From positions 209,374,001 to 209,438,000 of the forward strand of contig OZ024743.1 in the NCBI GenBank assembly GCA_964016885.1: DNA of 64,000 nt. The letters are read 5' to 3'. Positions 60,701 to 64,000 of the stretch are shown here, piece by piece. A program made the translations under genes and the position numbers. The notes under the pieces are model-generated. The model made no database searches and had not been told where the DNA came from. It was given only the letters and a program-made list of their open reading frames with translations. Every line of letters begins with the position of its first letter. The stretch's first letter is position 1. This DNA is from Eledone cirrhosa (Eukaryota).

Positions 60701-61960
60701 GAAAGCTCTTCACTCCATAAGATATACCACAGTTTACGATCCTATAGCCACAGATGAAAGCTCTTCACTCCATAACATATACCACAGTTTACCATCCTAT
60801 AGCCACACATGAGAGCTCTTCACCTCATAAGATATACCACAGTTTACCATCCTATAGCCAGATGAAAGCTCTTCACTCCGTAAAATATACCACAGTTTAC
60901 CATCCTGTAGCCACACATGAGAGATCTTCACTCCATAAGATATACCACAGTTTACCATCCTATAGCCACACATGAGAGCTCTTCACTCCATAAGATATAC
61001 CACTGTTTACCATCCTATGGCCACACATGAAAGGTCTTCACTCCATAAGATATACCACAGTTTACAATCCTATGGCCACACATGAAAGCTCTTCACTCCA
61101 TAATATATTCCACAGTTTACCATCCTATAGCCTTACGTGAGAGCTCTTCACTCCATAAGATATAACACAGTTTACAATCCTATAGCCACACATGAAAGCT
61201 CTTCACTCCATAAGATATACCACAGTTTACCATCCTATAGCCACACATGAAAGCTCTTCACTCCATAAGATATACCACAGTTTACCATCCAATAGCCACG
61301 CCACGGATGAAAGCTCTTCACTCCATGAGATATACCACAGTTTACAATCCTATAGCCACAGATGAAAGCTCTACACTCCATAAGATATACCACAGTTTAC
61401 CATCCTATAGCCAGATGAAAGCTCTTCACTCCATAAGATATACCTCAGTTTACCATCCTATAGCCACACATGAAAGCTCTACACTCCATAAGATATATAA
61501 CAGTTTACCATCCTATAGCCACACATGAAAGCTCTTCACTCCATAAGATATACCACAGTTTACCATCCTATAGCCACACAAGAAAGCTATTCACTCCATA
61601 AGATATACCACAGTTTACCATCATATAGCCACAAATGAAAGCTCTTCACTCCATAAGATATACCACAGTTTACCATCCGATAGCCACACATGAAAGCTCT
61701 TCACTCCATCAGATATACCACAGTTTACCATCCTATAGCCACACATGAAAGCTCTTCTCTCCATAAGATATACCACAGTTTACCATCATATATCCACAAA
61801 TGAAAGCTCTTCACTCCATCAGATATACCACAGTTTACCATCCTATAGCCAGATGAAAGCTCTTCACTCCATAAGATATACCACAGTTTACCATCCTATA
61901 GCCACACATGAAAGCTCTTCACTCCATAAGATATACCACAGTTTACCATCCTATGACCAC
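54790..61960. repeat. Tandem duplication ~54790-58000 vs ~58320-61960 (offset 3528, rising to ~4026-4081), with an internal partial repeat at 661-bp offset (58602/59263)
   Basis: ORF offsets: 55074/58602 and 55517/59045 = 3528; 55790/59816, 56728/60754 and 57221/61247 = 4026. Shared rare variants are CCACGCTACGG, CCATACGA, the 54-bp ATGAGTGCT monomer (56291/60372), GAAAGGTC and CACAAGAAAG. Confidence 0.85.
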
Positions 61961-62699
61961 AGATGAATGCTCTTCACTCCATAAGATATACCAGAGTTTA
62001 CCACCCTATGGCCACAGATGAAAGCTCTTCACTCTATAAGATATACCACAGTTTACCATGCTATAGCCACACATGAAAGCTCTTCACTCCATAAGATATA
62101 CAACAGTTTACCATCCTATAGACACGCCACAGATGAATGCTCTTCACTCCATAAGATATACCACACTTTACCATCCTATAGCCACAGATGAAAGCTCATT
62201 ACTCCATAAGATATACCACAGTTTACCATCCTATAGCCACAGATGAAAGCTGTTCACTCCATAAGATATACCACAGTTTACCATCCTATAGCCACAGATG
62301 AAAGCTGTTCACTACATAAGATATACCACAGTTTACCATCCTATAGCCACACATGAAAGCTCTTCACTCCATAAGATATACCACAATTTACCATCCTATA
62401 GCCACAGATGAAAGCTGTTCACTCCATAAGATATACGACAGTTTACCATCCTATAGCCACAGATGAAAGCTGTTCACTCCATAAGATATACCACAGTTTA
62501 CCATCCTATAGACACGCCACGGATGAAAGCTCTTCACTCCATAAGATATACCACAGTTTACAATCCTATAGCCACAGATGAAAGCTGTTCACTCCATAAG
62601 ATATACCACAGTTTACCATCCTATAGCCAGATGAAAGCTCTTCACTCCATAAGATATACCACAGTTTACCATCCTATAGCCACAGATGAAAGCTCTTAA

Positions 62700-64000
62700 C
62701 TCCATAAGATATACCACAGTTTACCATCCTATAGCCACAGATGAAAGCTCTTCACGCCATAAGATATACCACAGTTTACCATCCTATAGCCACAGATGAA
62801 AGCTCTTCACTCCATAAGATAAACCACAGTTTACCATCCTATAGCCACACATGAGAGCTCTTCACTCCATAAGATATACCACAGTTTACCATCCTGTGGC
62901 CACACATGAAAGCTCTTCACTCCATCAGATATACCACAGTTTACCATCCTATAGCCACACATGAAAGCTCTTCACTCCATAAGATATACCACAGTTTCCC
63001 ATCCGATAGCCACAAATGAAAGCTCTTCACTCCATCAGATATACCACAGTTTACCATCCTATAGCCAGATGAAAGCACTTCACTCCATAAGTTATACCAC
63101 AGTTTACCATCCTATAGCCACGCATGAAAGCTCTTCACTCCATAAGATATACCACAGTTTACCATCCTATAGCCACACATGAAAGCTCTTCACTCCATAA
63201 AATATACCACAGTTTCCCATCCTATAGCCACAGATGAAAGCTCTTCACTGCATAACATATACTACAGTTTACCATCCTATAGCTACACATGAGAGCTCTT
63301 CACTCCATAAGATATACCACAGTTTACCATCCTATAGCCAGATGAAAGCTCTTCACTCCATAAGATATACCTCAGTTTACCATCCTATAGCCACACATGA
63401 AAGCTATTCACTCCATAAGATATACCACAGTTTCCCATCCTATAGCCACAAATGAAAGCTCTTCACTCCATAAGATATATCACAGTTTACCATCCGATAG
63501 CCACACATGAAAGCTCTTCACTCCATAAGATATACCACAGTTTACCATCCTATAGCCACAAATGAAAGCTCTTCACTCCATAAGATATACCACAGTTTAC
63601 CATCCTATAGCCAGATGAAAGCTCTTCACTCCATAAGATATACCACAGTTTACCATCCTATGGCCACGCATGAAAGCTCTTCACTCTATAAGATATACCA
63701 CAGATTACCATCCTATAGCCACACATGAAAGCTCTTCACTCCATAAGATATACCACAGTTTACCATCCTATGACCACAGATGAATGCTCTTCAATCCATA
63801 AGATATACCACAGTTTACCACCCTATGGCCACAGATGAAAGCTCTTCACTCCATAAATTATACCACAGTTTACCATCCTATAGCCACACATGAAAGCTCT
63901 TCACTCCATAAGATATACCACAGTTTACCATCCTATAGCCACGCCACGGATGAAAGCTCTTCACTCCATAAGATATACCACAGTTTACCATCCTATAGTC
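62700..64000. repeat. Copy of the ~45180-46570 segment at ~17.5 kb offset
   Basis: Same variant order in both places: CACGCCAT, GATAAACC, CTGTGGCC, ATCAGA, TTTCCC, GCACTT, CACTGCATAAC (rare), CAGATTAC, GAATGCTCTTCAAT. ORF pairs are 45446/62961, 45747/63234 and 46075/63507. Confidence 0.8.

Larger units (their letters stand above)
1..64000. repeat. Tandem satellite array, ~55-bp monomer, ~1,165 head-to-tail copies, truncated by both window edges
   Basis: The consensus ATGAAAGCTCTTCACTCCATAAGATATACCACAGTTTACCATCCTATAGCCACAC recurs continuously (e.g. starts at 48, 103, 158, 213). Most copies differ from it by 0-3 substitutions. Length variants are 53 bp (ends GCCAG), 60 bp (ends GCCACGCCACGG), 57 bp and 54 bp. 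No non-repeat sequence or inversion seen. Confidence 0.99.

Noticed and set aside
213-63728. Over a hundred + strand ORFs (MKALHSIRYTTVYHPIAT.../ESSSLHKIYHSLPSYS...)
   Set aside because: They are translations of the repeat. Two frames of the monomer are open and the third contains TGA, TAA and TAG. A 55-bp unit shifts frame each copy, so ORFs extend only where 53-, 57- or 60-bp variants happen to reset it. The longest is 165 aa, with no domain and no selection for frame.
1-64000. CRISPR array or other repeat-spacer system
   Set aside because: The variable part is 3-10 bp drawn from a few recurrent alleles, not unique spacers. There is no leader and no cas gene.
1-64000. Telomeric repeat, tRNA/5S/snRNA/spliced-leader gene array, or plasmid iterons
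   Set aside because: There is no G-run telomere motif, no recognisable Pol III boxes or RNA fold, and no rep gene or unique flank. The unit is too short for those gene arrays.
1-64000. Rolling-circle or sequencing concatemer of a single 55-mer
   Set aside because: Variants recur in ordered, hierarchically shared blocks, which random read error would not produce. Local misassembly of the near-identical duplications remains possible.

Overview
The entire 64 kb window is one uninterrupted head-to-tail tandem array (satellite DNA) of a ~55-bp monomer, consensus ATGAAAGCTCTTCACTCCATAAGATATACCACAGTTTACCATCCTATAGCCACAC (40% GC; A19 C17 T14 G5; no CpG). It holds about 1,165 copies (64000/55), all in one orientation, and runs off both ends. 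I found no unique sequence, gene, RNA gene, transposon or CRISPR spacer. Every ORF in the track is a translation of the repeat. The information in the window is the order of variant monomers. This shows a hypervariable junction (53/55/60-bp monomers), a relic 8-monomer 438-bp higher-order repeat, and nested multi-kb tandem duplications (6045 bp with a nested 2087 bp; 3295 bp; ~3.5-4 kb; offsets of 9756 bp and ~17.5 kb). It also shows regional variant subfamilies and several variants that perfect quasi-palindromes. The array looks like eukaryotic satellite DNA, but I cannot name the family or organism. I found no evidence for a new protein-coding system. All comparisons were made by eye and from ORF-track offsets, so breakpoints are accurate to about one monomer.
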